Sequence record: KJ832078
DNA from: Enterobacteria phage Sf101
DNA: 38,742 nt
Strand: one strand, 5' to 3'
The position numbers and the translations under genes are program-made. Below the pieces are notes generated by a model, which worked only from the letters and a program-made list of their open reading frames with translations, searched no databases and was not told the origin of the DNA. Positions 10,199-20,100 of this stretch are shown here, in pieces; position 1 is the first letter of the stretch; each line of letters begins with the position of its first letter.

Positions 10199-11530
10199 AT
10201 GGCTACTTGGCAAGGATCAAATGGCGGATTGTTAGCTGGTATCGGCGGCGTCAACTCAAACGCTCCAAGCGTAAATGACATCGGCAATACGCTTCAGCTT
10301 ATCAGGCAGAACAATGATATTGAGCGTTCAGGCGCTAACAATGTTGGGCTGACTGCTTTGCAAGGTCTTTCAGGTATTGCGGGTGTTTTTCAGCAGGAAA
10401 AGCAGGCTCAGCGGCAGAAAGAATTTCAGCAGGCGTACGCTAATGCTTATGCGTCTGGTGATCGCGGTGCTTTGCGTCAGTTGGCTACTCAATATCCAGA
10501 CCAGATTGAATCCGTTCGTAAAGGCATGGGATTCATTGATGAAGACCAGCGCAATTCTATCGGCACCTTAGCGGCTGGCGCACGCCTTGCGTCATCGTCT
10601 CCAGAAGCAATGCAATCATGGCTGCAAAACAACGCCGGTGAGTTAGCTCGTGTTGGCGTTAATCCTCATGACGTCGCTCAGATGTACCAACAGAACCCGC
10701 GGCAGTTCGGCGAATTTGTCGATCACCTGGGGATGAACAGTCTCGGACCCGAAAAATACTTTGACCTACAGGATAAAATGCAGGGTCGCCAGGTTATCAT
10801 GCGCGGTCAGGACCTGGATTCGCAAACCGCCGCTCGGAATCAGGCAATCACAATGCGCGGGCAAGATATCCAGGCGGATTTAGGTCAGCAGCGCATTAAT
10901 CTGGACGCAGAAACAAACCGCATTAACAACGAAAATAAGCGCCTTGACCGGATGCTATCAGCAGAAACTAACGACCTGAAGCGCCAGGAAATACAGAGCC
11001 GCATAGCAGCCAACAACCAGAAGTTGCAGCAGAAGCAGCAAGAGCTAAATGATGGCTACAAAGACGGCATCAACACTCTCACAACCAGCATGTTCACTCT
11101 GAACGATATCGTTAATTCTCCTGCACTTAAGAGCATTACAGGCTTACGTGGAGCAATCCCCAACGTTCCAGGCTCACAAGCTGCAGACACTCAGGCGCGA
11201 CTTGATACCTTTAAATCCCAAGCATACCTGACAGCGGTTCAGGCCATGCGAGGCATGGGCGCACTTTCTGATGCCGAGGGCAAAAAGCTCGACCAGGCTG
11301 TTGGTTCGCTGCAGAACTCACAGAGCGAGGAGTCCTTTCGTCGCAACGCTGGCGTCATCCTGAACACGCTCAACCAGAAGCGTAATGAGGCGGTTGGTAA
11401 GTACGTTCAGCAAAACGGTATCAAGCGAGTGGAAGCGCCTCAGGCTTCTATAGATTACCTGAAGCAGCACCCCGAGCTGTCAATCGACTTCATTAATCGC
11501 TACGGATATCTTCCATCTTTGGGGCAGTAA
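10199..11530 (+). CDS. Ejection protein, gp20-like
   Basis: 443 aa; synteny with P22 gp20; Q/N-rich coiled-coil segments. Confidence 0.65.
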   Translation: MATWQGSNGGLLAGIGGVNSNAPSVNDIGNTLQLIRQNNDIERSGANNVGLTALQGLSGIAGVFQQEKQAQRQKEFQQAYANAYASGDRGALRQLATQYPDQIESVRKGMGFIDEDQRNSIGTLAAGARLASSSPEAMQSWLQNNAGELARVGVNPHDVAQMYQQNPRQFGEFVDHLGMNSLGPEKYFDLQDKMQGRQVIMRGQDLDSQTAARNQAITMRGQDIQADLGQQRINLDAETNRINNENKRLDRMLSAETNDLKRQEIQSRIAANNQKLQQKQQELNDGYKDGINTLTTSMFTLNDIVNSPALKSITGLRGAIPNVPGSQAADTQARLDTFKSQAYLTAVQAMRGMGALSDAEGKKLDQAVGSLQNSQSEESFRRNAGVILNTLNQKRNEAVGKYVQQNGIKRVEAPQASIDYLKQHPELSIDFINRYGYLPSLGQ

Positions 11531-14266
11531 ATGGCTAATTACCGTGATTTGTTAGAGCAGGCTGGCGCACGTTACGGTGTGCCAGAAGGGTTGATGACTG
11601 CACTGGGTGCCAAGGAGTCTTCTTACAACCCTGCCGCAGTAAGCTCCGCCGGGGCTGTAGGATTGACTCAGGTCATGCCTGGGACATGGCGTGATATGGG
11701 TTATACCGATGAGCAAATGCAAAACCCCGAATATCAGGCTGACGCTGGCGCGCGCTATCTGGCAAAGATGTACCAGCAGTTTGGTAACTGGCGTGATGCT
11801 CTTCAGGCTTATCACGACGGTCCCGGCAACGTTATGAAGGCAAAGCGTGGTGAATATACGCCAGGACCTGAAGGCCGCGGTTACGTTGATGATCGCTTTG
11901 CTCAATGGGCGGGTGACCCGGTGACAGACTCAACAGTCGAACAGCGCGCCACCTCTGCAAAGGTACATCCTCAGCAAGACCCTAACAACCCGTTTGCACA
12001 ACTGGAAGCACAGTCATCCGAACAAGTATCGGCATCAGGTGTGCAGTCAGACCCAAATAATCCATTTGCTCAGATTGAGCAGCAGGCAGCCAGTCAGCAG
12101 CCACCTCAACCCGTAAGTTCTGTCGCACCGAAACCTGTTCAGCAACAAACAGTTAATCAGGCCAATAATGAACCAGCACGTGAAGAACCATCATTGATGC
12201 AACAAGCTGGCGATTGGCTCACAGGTGGTCAAAGTGCAGGGCAAATTGCAGAGCAGGCTGGTCGTGGTCTGGTAAACATACCATTTGACGTATTGCAGGG
12301 TGGCGCAAGTCTGATTAATGCAATCAGCCAGGGGCTTGGTGGCCCCAAGGTTTTGGACGATGTCTATCGTCCAGTAGATCGACCGACAGACCCTTATGCG
12401 CAAGCTGGAGAGTCAATAGGCGGTTATCTTGTTCCTGGAGCAGGAGTAGCTGGAAACATGGTCATTGGTTCTCTCGCTGACGCGGCGAATCAACGGGGTG
12501 ATTTTGCCGAAAATGCCGCTATTAATGCCGGACTTAACATTGCTACGCATGGCCTGATAAATGGCGTTACCCGTGGTGTTCGTGGTGCATCAAATATAAT
12601 TAGTGGCAATAAAACATCTGCACAGAGAGCGACCACTGCGGCAACAGAAACATCACCATTCTCCGGTGATGCCGCTGCAGCAACAAATCCTGCGGTTCAT
12701 GCCGCAGAGGCAAGAGTAGCACAAGGTGTACCAATGACGCCTGCGACGAGGAACCCAGAGGAAGTCGTTCGCACAGTAGCAGCACAAAAAAGGCCAAATC
12801 TCGCTTCATCGCTTGATGAACTAGATATCAATCCTCAGGCTGAAGTTCTGGAGTCTGCTGAAAGGCTTAATGTTGATTCATTACTCCCTTCACACTTTTC
12901 CGGGAACGAGCAATACAAGGCAGTTGAGCAAGCAATCAAGTCCCGTGCGGGTTCTGCTCTACAGGTGCAGGAAAATGAAGCAATCAGGCAGCTAGCACAG
13001 GGCGCGGGGGAGATAATTGATCGCGTTTCCGGTGCAAAAGATGCTCTTGGTATGAGCGACAAGTTTATTGATACGGTCAATGGAAGAATGTCTGCGCTGA
13101 TGAAACGAAGCGACCAGCTTTATCGCAATGTTGAAAAGGCGATGCCTGCAGGTGCAAAAATTGATGCGCCATCAACAAGGTCAATGCTCAAACAGGTGGC
13201 AGAAGATCTTGGCGGGATGAAAAACCTTGACCCTATTGAAAAGAGAGTCTTTCGGGCAGTTAATCCAGGCAAGAACGGCGCATTAACTTATGCAAATCTC
13301 AATAAGCAACGACGACTTGTTGGTGATGCACTTCATAAGAATTCTGGACCATATAAAGATGCTGATCGCGCTGCTTTATCGAGGCTTTACGGTTCGCTCA
13401 CCGATGATCAAAAGGCGGCGCTGTCAGAGACAAATGCATTACGTGATTTTGAAGTTGCTCAGAGGCTTGTTCAGATGCGAAAAAGCATGGAAGAGCAAAT
13501 GATTAATCTAACTGGCAGAACGCTGAACGGTGATGTTTCTCGCAAAGCAACTACAGCACTACAGGCAATGTCGAAAGGCGATGCCAAAGGATTTCGTGAA
13601 TTGATGCAAAACACGCCGTCCAGGAAGCTAAGAACCGAGCTACTGGGAACAGGTCTTCGGGATATGCTTTCGAACGGAAAACGTGGCGCTGATTTTAATC
13701 CTGCAGGGTTTGCTGACTGGTATCAAAACATGTTAGCAAACGGGCAGATGCGCAATCTTGCCCGACATTTACCAAAAGAGACTATGTCAGGTCTGAACGA
13801 TGTATATAAGGTCGCAAAGGCTATCAAAGATGCAAAATCTTACGAGATAACTACAGGAAGACTAAACGAGTTCGTCAAACGGTTTAATCGCGTCACTGCG
13901 GCAAATGAATTTGTTGCTAACCATGCCCAACGCATTGGCACTGCGGTTGGTTCAACTGTGTCAGGACCGTTCAGTGCAGTAGGTGCTGTTGCTGGGTCAG
14001 AAATTGGGGCAAAAGTCGCCAGCAAAATCAGGGCGATGGGCGGCGCTGAATCAATTGAATCTGCAGAAAAGCTAATTAGCTCACCAGAATTCCAGAAAGC
14101 AGCAAGGCTGGCAGTAAAACAAGCACCAGAAAGCATCGTTGATACAACTGTAAGACGCTCTTCTGCTTGGCGCTCGTTTTACAACTCACTTCCAGAATCA
14201 GATAAGAAAACCATATCAAGGCTAGGCATCATGTACTGGATGAACAGTGATGATAACCAGAAGTAA
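11531..14266 (+). CDS. Ejection protein, gp16-like, with N-terminal lytic transglycosylase (SLT) domain
   Basis: 911 aa; N-terminal ~110 aa carry SLT signature ([28 protein letters not shown]... AYHDGPGN); then Q/P-rich linker with repeated DPNNPFAQ(L/I)E; last large gene before the tailspike. Confidence 0.7.
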   Translation: MANYRDLLEQAGARYGVPEGLMTALGAKESSYNPAAVSSAGAVGLTQVMPGTWRDMGYTDEQMQNPEYQADAGARYLAKMYQQFGNWRDALQAYHDGPGNVMKAKRGEYTPGPEGRGYVDDRFAQWAGDPVTDSTVEQRATSAKVHPQQDPNNPFAQLEAQSSEQVSASGVQSDPNNPFAQIEQQAASQQPPQPVSSVAPKPVQQQTVNQANNEPAREEPSLMQQAGDWLTGGQSAGQIAEQAGRGLVNIPFDVLQGGASLINAISQGLGGPKVLDDVYRPVDRPTDPYAQAGESIGGYLVPGAGVAGNMVIGSLADAANQRGDFAENAAINAGLNIATHGLINGVTRGVRGASNIISGNKTSAQRATTAATETSPFSGDAAAATNPAVHAAEARVAQGVPMTPATRNPEEVVRTVAAQKRPNLASSLDELDINPQAEVLESAERLNVDSLLPSHFSGNEQYKAVEQAIKSRAGSALQVQENEAIRQLAQGAGEIIDRVSGAKDALGMSDKFIDTVNGRMSALMKRSDQLYRNVEKAMPAGAKIDAPSTRSMLKQVAEDLGGMKNLDPIEKRVFRAVNPGKNGALTYANLNKQRRLVGDALHKNSGPYKDADRAALSRLYGSLTDDQKAALSETNALRDFEVAQRLVQMRKSMEEQMINLTGRTLNGDVSRKATTALQAMSKGDAKGFRELMQNTPSRKLRTELLGTGLRDMLSNGKRGADFNPAGFADWYQNMLANGQMRNLARHLPKETMSGLNDVYKVAKAIKDAKSYEITTGRLNEFVKRFNRVTAANEFVANHAQRIGTAVGSTVSGPFSAVGAVAGSEIGAKVASKIRAMGGAESIESAEKLISSPEFQKAARLAVKQAPESIVDTTVRRSSAWRSFYNSLPESDKKTISRLGIMYWMNSDDNQK

Positions 14267-14283
14267 CGGAAAGCCACGGATGG

Positions 14284-14544
14284 TTAGCTGCTGTCTTTTT
14301 TATATAGCTCCTTGAGCGTATCAAAGACAATTTTCTTGACCATATCAGATTGTTGTTCTGCCATACGCTCTGCATCGTCAATGTAAACTGATGCAGAGCT
14401 TTGTTTAGCCAATGATTCTTCAATCGCTGCAATTATCTCTGAGTTCAGCGACCTGTTATTCATCTTCGCGAGCTGTTTAATTTTCGCGTGGAGTTCATGC
14501 GGAAGTCTCAAGTGAAACTGCGCCTCGTCGTATTTGCTGTACAT
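14284..14544 (-). CDS. mnt: Mnt-like ribbon-helix-helix repressor (immI-type)
   Basis: ORF-track 14284..14577; start taken at internal ATG 14544. C-terminus DAERMAEQQSDMVKKIVFDTLKELYKK closely matches P22 Mnt (DAERLADEQSELVKKMVFDTLKDLYKK) as recalled. Confidence 0.8.
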   Translation of the reverse strand: MYSKYDEAQFHLRLPHELHAKIKQLAKMNNRSLNSEIIAAIEESLAKQSSASVYIDDAERMAEQQSDMVKKIVFDTLKELYKKDSS

Positions 14545-14665
14545 CCTTGATGCCTCACCAGTTGGGTGGAATGGCATCGTAACCTACTGGATAAATACTC
14601 AATAGTACCATTTCGGTATGCAATCACATCATGGTTGCATCATATCATTCGTCTGGAGCAATGAA

Positions 14666-16408
14666 ATGTCAGATATCACCGCAAATATTGTGGTAAGCAT
14701 GCCTTCGCAACTCTTCACTATGGCGCGTTCTTTTAAAGCCGTAGCCAATGGCAAAATTTATATCGGAAAAATTGACACTGACCCGGTAAATCCTGAAAAC
14801 CAGATTCAGGTTTATGTAGAGAATGAAGACGGATCTCACGTCCCTGTTTCTCAGCCAATTGTTATCAATGCTGCCGGATATCCTGTGTACAACGGGCAGA
14901 TTGCCAAATTTGTAACTGAGCAAGGCCATTCAATGGCTGTATATGATGCGTATGGTTCGCAGCAGTTCTATTTTCAGAATGTGCTGAAGTACGATCCTGA
15001 TCAGTTAAAGCAGTTACTTCAATCAGATGAAGGAGCTGCTCACATTGGCACTAATAGCGGCAAAAATCTCCAAGAGGAGCTATTTGCAATAAAAAATCTC
15101 CAAGAGGAGCTATTTGCAATAAAAAATGAAATATATCAAGACCCGCTTACATCGTGGCCTTTCGGTGGAACATTAAAAATAAAGCAAGGGGTGTACGATA
15201 TCGCGTCACCATTAGTGCTTGATTACGGCAACTATGACGACAGACTTCCCGGTTCTCCTGGTGTTCGTGCCCATTACGAAGGCGAGAACATGGCGGAAAC
15301 CATCTTTAATTGTCAGGGTACGGATTTTAACCTCAAGATGCTAGGGGATACCGTTGGGGGGACCCAACGGGTGCATGCATACGATTATCTCGGGAATATT
15401 ACGCTTAAAGGCTCCGCAACATCTTACGGTCTTCTCGTAACCAAGAAAGCATATACCAAGTTAGAGAACATAGTATCTTACGGGCATGACAACGGCGAAG
15501 GTTTACGTACAGATTCTGTATTAACTTCTGAATTGGATAATGTGTACCTACAGTCAAATCGTATTGGGTGGCGAGTGCTTAATTCTGATGGTGGGTCAGA
15601 ACTTAATGCAATTACTGTCAACAGATTAACCGCAAGCCAGAATACACAATGGGGTATTCTTGGTGAGAGATGGGGTGCAGGGACTACCATCAATAGCCTT
15701 ACATGTGAGGGTAACGGCACGCAGGGTGACTCTGACACTGGCGGCATGATTATTAACGTGAACGGTCTTAATGGATCATGTGCTTTGGTACTTAATAACC
15801 CATATTTTGAGGCCAACGCCGGCGGTTCTGACCTTGCCATTAATAACACAGGCACACGTCCAGTAACAGTAGTTATCAACGGTGGAAACTTCCATCGGGG
15901 TAGTAGTACAGCGTACACTACCTACAACATTTTAGCTAGTTCTACTGGTGGAGGGAAATTAACAGTCATTCTCAACGGGACGACATTCCAGAGTGCTGGT
16001 AGTTACGTGCCAGACGCATCGCGGCCATACTGGCGAGAGTTAGGTAATGTTGAGTTTATAGATATAGGTTGCACGTTCATGGAGGCAACAAGTAAAGCAA
16101 TATCCATTTCCTCTGGCAGCATTCCACGTTCTGGAAGAATTAACGCCAATGGTAGTGTAGGCATCGCCCCGGGCGTGTCCTCGGTAAATGTGGTAGGTAC
16201 AGGTGTTTATGATGTAACTTTTTCTAACCCGCTCGCAGTAGCCGCGGATTGTTATGTGGTGCAGATAACGCCAATATCAGCACCCAATTCTGTGAGTTGT
16301 GATGTTACTTATATTGGCGTAGATACATTTAGGGTGACCCTGCGCGATACGCTTAGCGGAGCAGGAATCTCCAGTTCGTTTGCATTTAGCATTACCAGAC
16401 TACTATAA
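14666..16408 (+). CDS. Tailspike protein (P22 gp9-type head-binding domain + divergent receptor-binding domain)
   Basis: N-terminus [11 protein letters not shown]...[23 protein letters not shown]...NVLKYDPDQ matches the conserved P22/Sf6/HK620 head-binding domain; GGAG RBS 9 nt before ATG 14666 (the ORF-track start 14618 is probably an upstream extension); C-terminal ~450 aa do not match any tailspike I recognise. Confidence 0.9.
   Translation: MSDITANIVVSMPSQLFTMARSFKAVANGKIYIGKIDTDPVNPENQIQVYVENEDGSHVPVSQPIVINAAGYPVYNGQIAKFVTEQGHSMAVYDAYGSQQFYFQNVLKYDPDQLKQLLQSDEGAAHIGTNSGKNLQEELFAIKNLQEELFAIKNEIYQDPLTSWPFGGTLKIKQGVYDIASPLVLDYGNYDDRLPGSPGVRAHYEGENMAETIFNCQGTDFNLKMLGDTVGGTQRVHAYDYLGNITLKGSATSYGLLVTKKAYTKLENIVSYGHDNGEGLRTDSVLTSELDNVYLQSNRIGWRVLNSDGGSELNAITVNRLTASQNTQWGILGERWGAGTTINSLTCEGNGTQGDSDTGGMIINVNGLNGSCALVLNNPYFEANAGGSDLAINNTGTRPVTVVINGGNFHRGSSTAYTTYNILASSTGGGKLTVILNGTTFQSAGSYVPDASRPYWRELGNVEFIDIGCTFMEATSKAISISSGSIPRSGRINANGSVGIAPGVSSVNVVGTGVYDVTFSNPLAVAADCYVVQITPISAPNSVSCDVTYIGVDTFRVTLRDTLSGAGISSSFAFSITRLL
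15062..15121 (+). repeat. Perfect 30-bp tandem duplication inside tailspike (in frame, [10 protein letters not shown] x2)
   Basis: aaaaatctccaagaggagctatttgcaata occurs twice head-to-tail (15062-15091, 15092-15121); a partial third copy (aaaaat) follows. Confidence 0.95.
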
Positions 16409-16415
16409 ATACATT

Positions 16416-16460
16416 CGCCGCCCTATTGGGACATATATGTAGGGCGGCTTATGTTTATTG
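16416..16460. terminator. Bidirectional terminator between convergent tailspike and acyltransferase genes
   Basis: 9-bp inverted repeat GCCGCCCTA / TAGGGCGGC (16417-16425 / 16440-16448) around a self-complementary CATATATG loop, flanked by T-rich tracts. Confidence 0.5.
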
Positions 16461-16461
16461 T

Positions 16462-17634
16462 TTATTGATTGTTGTTTGTTAATGTGGGTATTAATTCTTT
16501 TACTAAAGTTGTGGTTTGTTTTGTTAATTTGATGAATGGCGTCTCTATTAATTTAAAAGTTAGGCATGATGTGAACGTAATAAGAAATGCAGTTGTGCTT
16601 ACCAGTATGATAAATGTATTTTCAGTGTAATTATTAGGAATAATCCACGTCATTAGGCAATAAAGGAATATCCCATGCAGAAGGTAAACGCTGTAGGTAG
16701 TTTCTCCTAGCTTTCTGGTTATATTTAATCTTAATATTCCATACAAATCACAACCTGATGCGATAATGATAAATGTTATTCCACAAAGAATCAGTGGTAG
16801 CGGTGCGTAAGTTGTTTTGAAATACGTCATTTCAAAAATCATTATCGCAGTTATTATAATTGGTGTTACTTTTGCTTTGGCAATTCCATTGACTATCTTT
16901 GATTTATTTAGCAAAAATGCCAGGAGCCCAAAAAGAAATGATACTATGTGTATTTTACTGAAAAATAAAATGAAAACAAATAGCGATATTGCGCTAATCA
17001 TAACCATGTAAATACTGACTTTTCTTTTTATGAGCGCGGAAATTACCGGAAGAGAAAAATAAAAGAACCATTCATATACAAGTGTCCATGTTACAGCGGC
17101 ATTGATAGTAAATGAATCTTTTACGTCATTAATGTTCGGCATACCTAGTGCAGTGAATGGCAACCACTTCATTATTGACACAAAAAGCTCTTCTGTGGAT
17201 ACCTGCATTCTCCATCCAGACTTAAAACCTACAATGATAAAAATGAGACATAGGCTAACTATGAACATTGGGGTTAATCGTAGTAATCTTGATACATAAA
17301 GCCTTGTCCAGTCCTGATCTCCAGAGATAATCTTTGAAAAGAACAGATAACCAGTAATCATAAAAAAGAATGACACACCAACTTGGCCTAAATTTGCTAA
17401 CAGATTTGATGAAGGTGCTTCCCATACTCCAGATGACAAGTATCCATTCCAAATTGCTGCGTGATGAATAAGCACGAAAATTGCTAAGAACCCCCGCATT
17501 CCATCTATTTGATTATTCCTGCCGTGCTCAACAAGATTTATTGGGGAAATTTTATCAAATAACCCCACAGCTAATAACGACATCAATATCACGGATGTTA
17601 TTAATAATAAACTGTTAATTTCAATCATATGCAT
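16462..17634 (-). CDS. Acyltransferase-3 family integral membrane protein (putative O-antigen acetyltransferase)
   Basis: 390 aa, multiple hydrophobic segments; N-terminal family signature (NQIDGMRGFLAIFVLIHHAAIW); strongly AT-rich relative to the rest of the genome; sits between tailspike and attP/int like oac in Sf6 and gtrABC in P22. Confidence 0.8.
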   Translation of the reverse strand: MHMIEINSLLLITSVILMSLLAVGLFDKISPINLVEHGRNNQIDGMRGFLAIFVLIHHAAIWNGYLSSGVWEAPSSNLLANLGQVGVSFFFMITGYLFFSKIISGDQDWTRLYVSRLLRLTPMFIVSLCLIFIIVGFKSGWRMQVSTEELFVSIMKWLPFTALGMPNINDVKDSFTINAAVTWTLVYEWFFYFSLPVISALIKRKVSIYMVMISAISLFVFILFFSKIHIVSFLFGLLAFLLNKSKIVNGIAKAKVTPIIITAIMIFEMTYFKTTYAPLPLILCGITFIIIASGCDLYGILRLNITRKLGETTYSVYLLHGIFLYCLMTWIIPNNYTENTFIILVSTTAFLITFTSCLTFKLIETPFIKLTKQTTTLVKELIPTLTNNNQ

Positions 17635-18097
17635 GCTCTATTACGCAATTAAAATTTCTCCAAGTATACTGACTTTTAGTTAATGATAATATAGTTATGT
17701 GTAACTGATGAAACAAAACGGAGACACACCAAGCTTTGCACTGGATTGCAAGGCTTTGCGCTCTTCGATAGTGGTTAAGGTGGGTCACTCCACCTTTTCA
17801 TCAATCCAGTCCGCCAACCACTGCATCATTTCTCTGCGCTTAACGTAGCGGATGCCTCACTATCACATAGTGATGGTTCATTACTGCTTTGTAGAATGGA
17901 CAGAGAACTGAGGATAAAAAGATATCCCAAAACCCCAAAAGCTCATCTTTAGGATTTGCAGAAAGGTAGTCATGAACAGATACCTGCGCATGAAGACGGA
18001 ACTAGTCCAGATGTGATATTTGTGGTGATCGCATACATCATCAACGATGCTCGTTATGGTGAGTTTGATGACTACCCACTGAGGTGAAAATTGTGTT

Positions 18098-18119
18098 GTG
18101 TACCAAATTGTGTACCAAA
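18098..18119 (+). repeat. Candidate integrase arm-type sites (2 x GTGTACCAAA)
   Basis: Tandem ttGTGTACCAAAttGTGTACCAAAtt at 18098-18107 and 18110-18119. Confidence 0.45.
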
Positions 18120-18347
18120 TTAAAATCATAAACCATGAAACCCTTACTCATGGCAGTCTCAGGCTGGGTGCGCGTAATCGTGAAAGAGGAAGGTAGGTTG
18201 TTTATCTGTGCCTGTCATTGTCTAGCATTGTCCACTGTAGTTAATTAACTGTCTGTTATAACTCGAAAAACAACCCTTTTTTAACCTGAGTATGTCTACG
18301 AACGTCAAATATAGTTGTTTACTGTGCGCTGTTGTCCATGTGATATT

Positions 18348-18392
18348 GTGTACCAGATGTGTACCAAACCATTATTTTTGAGCGTACCAAAT
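18348..18392 (+). repeat. Candidate integrase arm-type sites (3 copies) just upstream of int
   Basis: GTGTACCAGA (18348-18357), GTGTACCAAA (18359-18368), GCGTACCAAA (18383-18392); int ATG at 18400. Confidence 0.45.
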
Positions 18393-18399
18393 ATTATTT

Positions 18400-19578
18400 A
18401 TGGCTATAAGCGACACAAAACTGCGTACTATTTATGGTAAACCATATTCGGGCCCACAAGAAGTGGCTGATGCCGATGGCCTCAGCGTACGAATTTCACC
18501 GAAGGGGGTCATCCAGTTCCAGTACCGCTATCGCTGGCATGGCAAGCCTAATCGACTTGGGCTTGGTCGATACCCATCCCTGTCTTTGAAGGATGCCAGA
18601 CAGATCACTGCTGACTTGCGAAAGCTCTATTTCTCAGGAACGGATCCACGCACTTATTTTGAAGAGAAGGTGGAGAACTCCATGACGGTCGCCCAGTGTC
18701 TCGACTACTGGTTCGACAACTACGTCTCTACAACTCTCAGAGAAAAGACCCAGGCACTTTACCGATCAACGGTTATGAAGCGCATGCATGACGCCTTCCC
18801 TAATCGTCCGGCATCTTCTATCACGGTTAAGCAATGGGTTGACCTGCTTACCGAAGAAGAAAGAGATAATCCACGCCGAGCAAGGCAGGTGCTAAGTCAA
18901 CTAAGATCAGCAATAAGTTGGTGCATGCGGCGTCAGTTGATAGATAGTTGCGCAATTATGAGCATCCAGCCAAGGGACTTCGGCTCACGCGCTGAGGTAG
19001 GGGATCGGGTACTGTCGTATCACGAACTGGCTAAGATTTGGCTTGCTATTGAAAGAAGCCGTGCTTCTACGTCAAATAAGCTGCTTCATCAGATGCTTAT
19101 GCTGTGGGGGGCGAGGCTCTCAGAGCTTAGGCTGGCAACAAAGACAGAATTTGACCTGCTGGACAACGTATGGACCGTACCGAAAGAGCATAGCAAGATG
19201 GGCAATGTTATCCGCCGTCCAATCTTCGAACAAATTAAGCCTTTCCTCGATAAAGCCATGACAACGTACAATGATGTTCTTTTCCCTGGAGAAGACATAA
19301 ACAAACCGATCAGCATCGCTGCAGCCAACCGATTCGTAAATAGAATAAGGGGAGGGATGGATATAGGTTACTGGCGAACACATGATTTCAGAAGAACGCT
19401 TGTTACACGTCTGTCCGAGATGAATGTCGAGCCTCATGTTACTGAGCGAATGCTCGGTCATGAACTTGGCGGGATAATGTCCGTATACAATAAACACGAC
19501 TGGATAGAGGCTCAGCGCAAAGCGTATGAGCTTCACGCTGATAAATTGTTCTGGCACATCAGGAGCATTTCTGATTAA
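18400..19578 (+). CDS. int: Tyrosine integrase
   Basis: 392 aa; C-terminal catalytic-type motifs (GARLSEL, HDFRRT, LGHE...SVYNKHD); preceded by arm-type repeats. Confidence 0.9.
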   Translation: MAISDTKLRTIYGKPYSGPQEVADADGLSVRISPKGVIQFQYRYRWHGKPNRLGLGRYPSLSLKDARQITADLRKLYFSGTDPRTYFEEKVENSMTVAQCLDYWFDNYVSTTLREKTQALYRSTVMKRMHDAFPNRPASSITVKQWVDLLTEEERDNPRRARQVLSQLRSAISWCMRRQLIDSCAIMSIQPRDFGSRAEVGDRVLSYHELAKIWLAIERSRASTSNKLLHQMLMLWGARLSELRLATKTEFDLLDNVWTVPKEHSKMGNVIRRPIFEQIKPFLDKAMTTYNDVLFPGEDINKPISIAAANRFVNRIRGGMDIGYWRTHDFRRTLVTRLSEMNVEPHVTERMLGHELGGIMSVYNKHDWIEAQRKAYELHADKLFWHIRSISD

Positions 19579-19750
19579 CGCCACCGTTAAGAATCCACCC
19601 CTCAACAGCTTCACGAAGGTATGATTTGGGGTGGGTTCTGACTGGCTTCGGAAATCCGTGCCGTTTGGTATAGTTCCAGATTGTCTGACGTGATGAAACA
19701 CCGAGCTTGTTCATCACTTCTTTCTCAGGAATCAGGCTGGTATCGGTCAT
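19559..19750 (-). CDS. AlpA/Xis-family HTH protein (putative excisionase / regulator)
   Basis: 63 aa; MTDTSLIPEKEVMNKLGVSSRQTIWNYTKRHGFPKPV resembles the AlpA-type helix-turn-helix; convergent with int and overlapping its 3' end by 20 bp. Confidence 0.65.
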   Translation of the reverse strand: MTDTSLIPEKEVMNKLGVSSRQTIWNYTKRHGFPKPVRTHPKSYLREAVEGWILNGGVNQKCS

Positions 19751-19850
19751 CTTAATTCTCCAGGCAAAAATAAACCGCCATATAGCGGCTCTATCAGATA
19801 TGTACAGGCCTCATCGAGTGTGAGGCGGTGTGATTTCTTTATTTCCACTC

Positions 19851-20066
19851 TTAATGTTTGTCAGTGAATGGTTTCTCCATCTCCATTAATGCCTTATTCA
19901 TCTCATTTCGTAACTCTATAGCCATCCTGACGGCTACAACTTGTGCAGGATGTCGGTTAATTGCTGGAGAATATCGTCGGGAGCGAAGGATTGAGAAAAC
20001 AAAGATAATGCAAGCAACTATCTGAATTGCATTGCATATTATTGATACAATGTGGATTGCAGCCAT
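19851..20066 (-). CDS. Small hydrophobic protein (one predicted TM helix)
   Basis: 71 aa, hydrophobic N-terminus IHIVSIICNAIQIVACIIFVFSIL; lies between the PL-operon terminator and alpA. ORF-level evidence only. Confidence 0.3.
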   Translation of the reverse strand: MAAIHIVSIICNAIQIVACIIFVFSILRSRRYSPAINRHPAQVVAVRMAIELRNEMNKALMEMEKPFTDKH

Positions 20067-20080
20067 CTACTACCCCAAAT

Positions 20081-20100
20081 AAAAAACCGCCATCAGGCGG
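20081..20100 (-). terminator. Rho-independent terminator at distal end of the early-left operon
   Basis: CCGCC-ATCA-GGCGG hairpin (20087-20100) with A6 on the plus strand (T6 on the minus strand) immediately 3' of the stem. Confidence 0.55.

Larger units (their letters stand above)
17635..18399. other. attP-containing intergenic region (core not identified)
   Basis: 765-bp AT-rich non-coding interval between conversion gene and int, bracketed by the arm-type repeats; I could not find a tRNA 3'-end-like core by eye. Confidence 0.4.

Noticed and set aside
14267-14283. Expected sieA between the gp16-like gene and mnt
   Set aside because: Only 17 bp separate the two genes, so sieA is absent rather than missed.
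14229-14432. 67-aa minus-strand ORF overlapping mnt in another frame
   Set aside because: Alternative frame of the well-supported mnt gene.
15062-15127. Tailspike tandem repeat as a possible CRISPR-like array
   Set aside because: Only two contiguous units with no spacers, and they lie in frame inside a coding sequence; it is a simple tandem duplication.
17881-18129. 82-aa minus-strand ORF inside the attP region
   Set aside because: Sits in AT-rich non-coding DNA bracketed by arm-type repeats; hydrophobic translation reflects AT bias.
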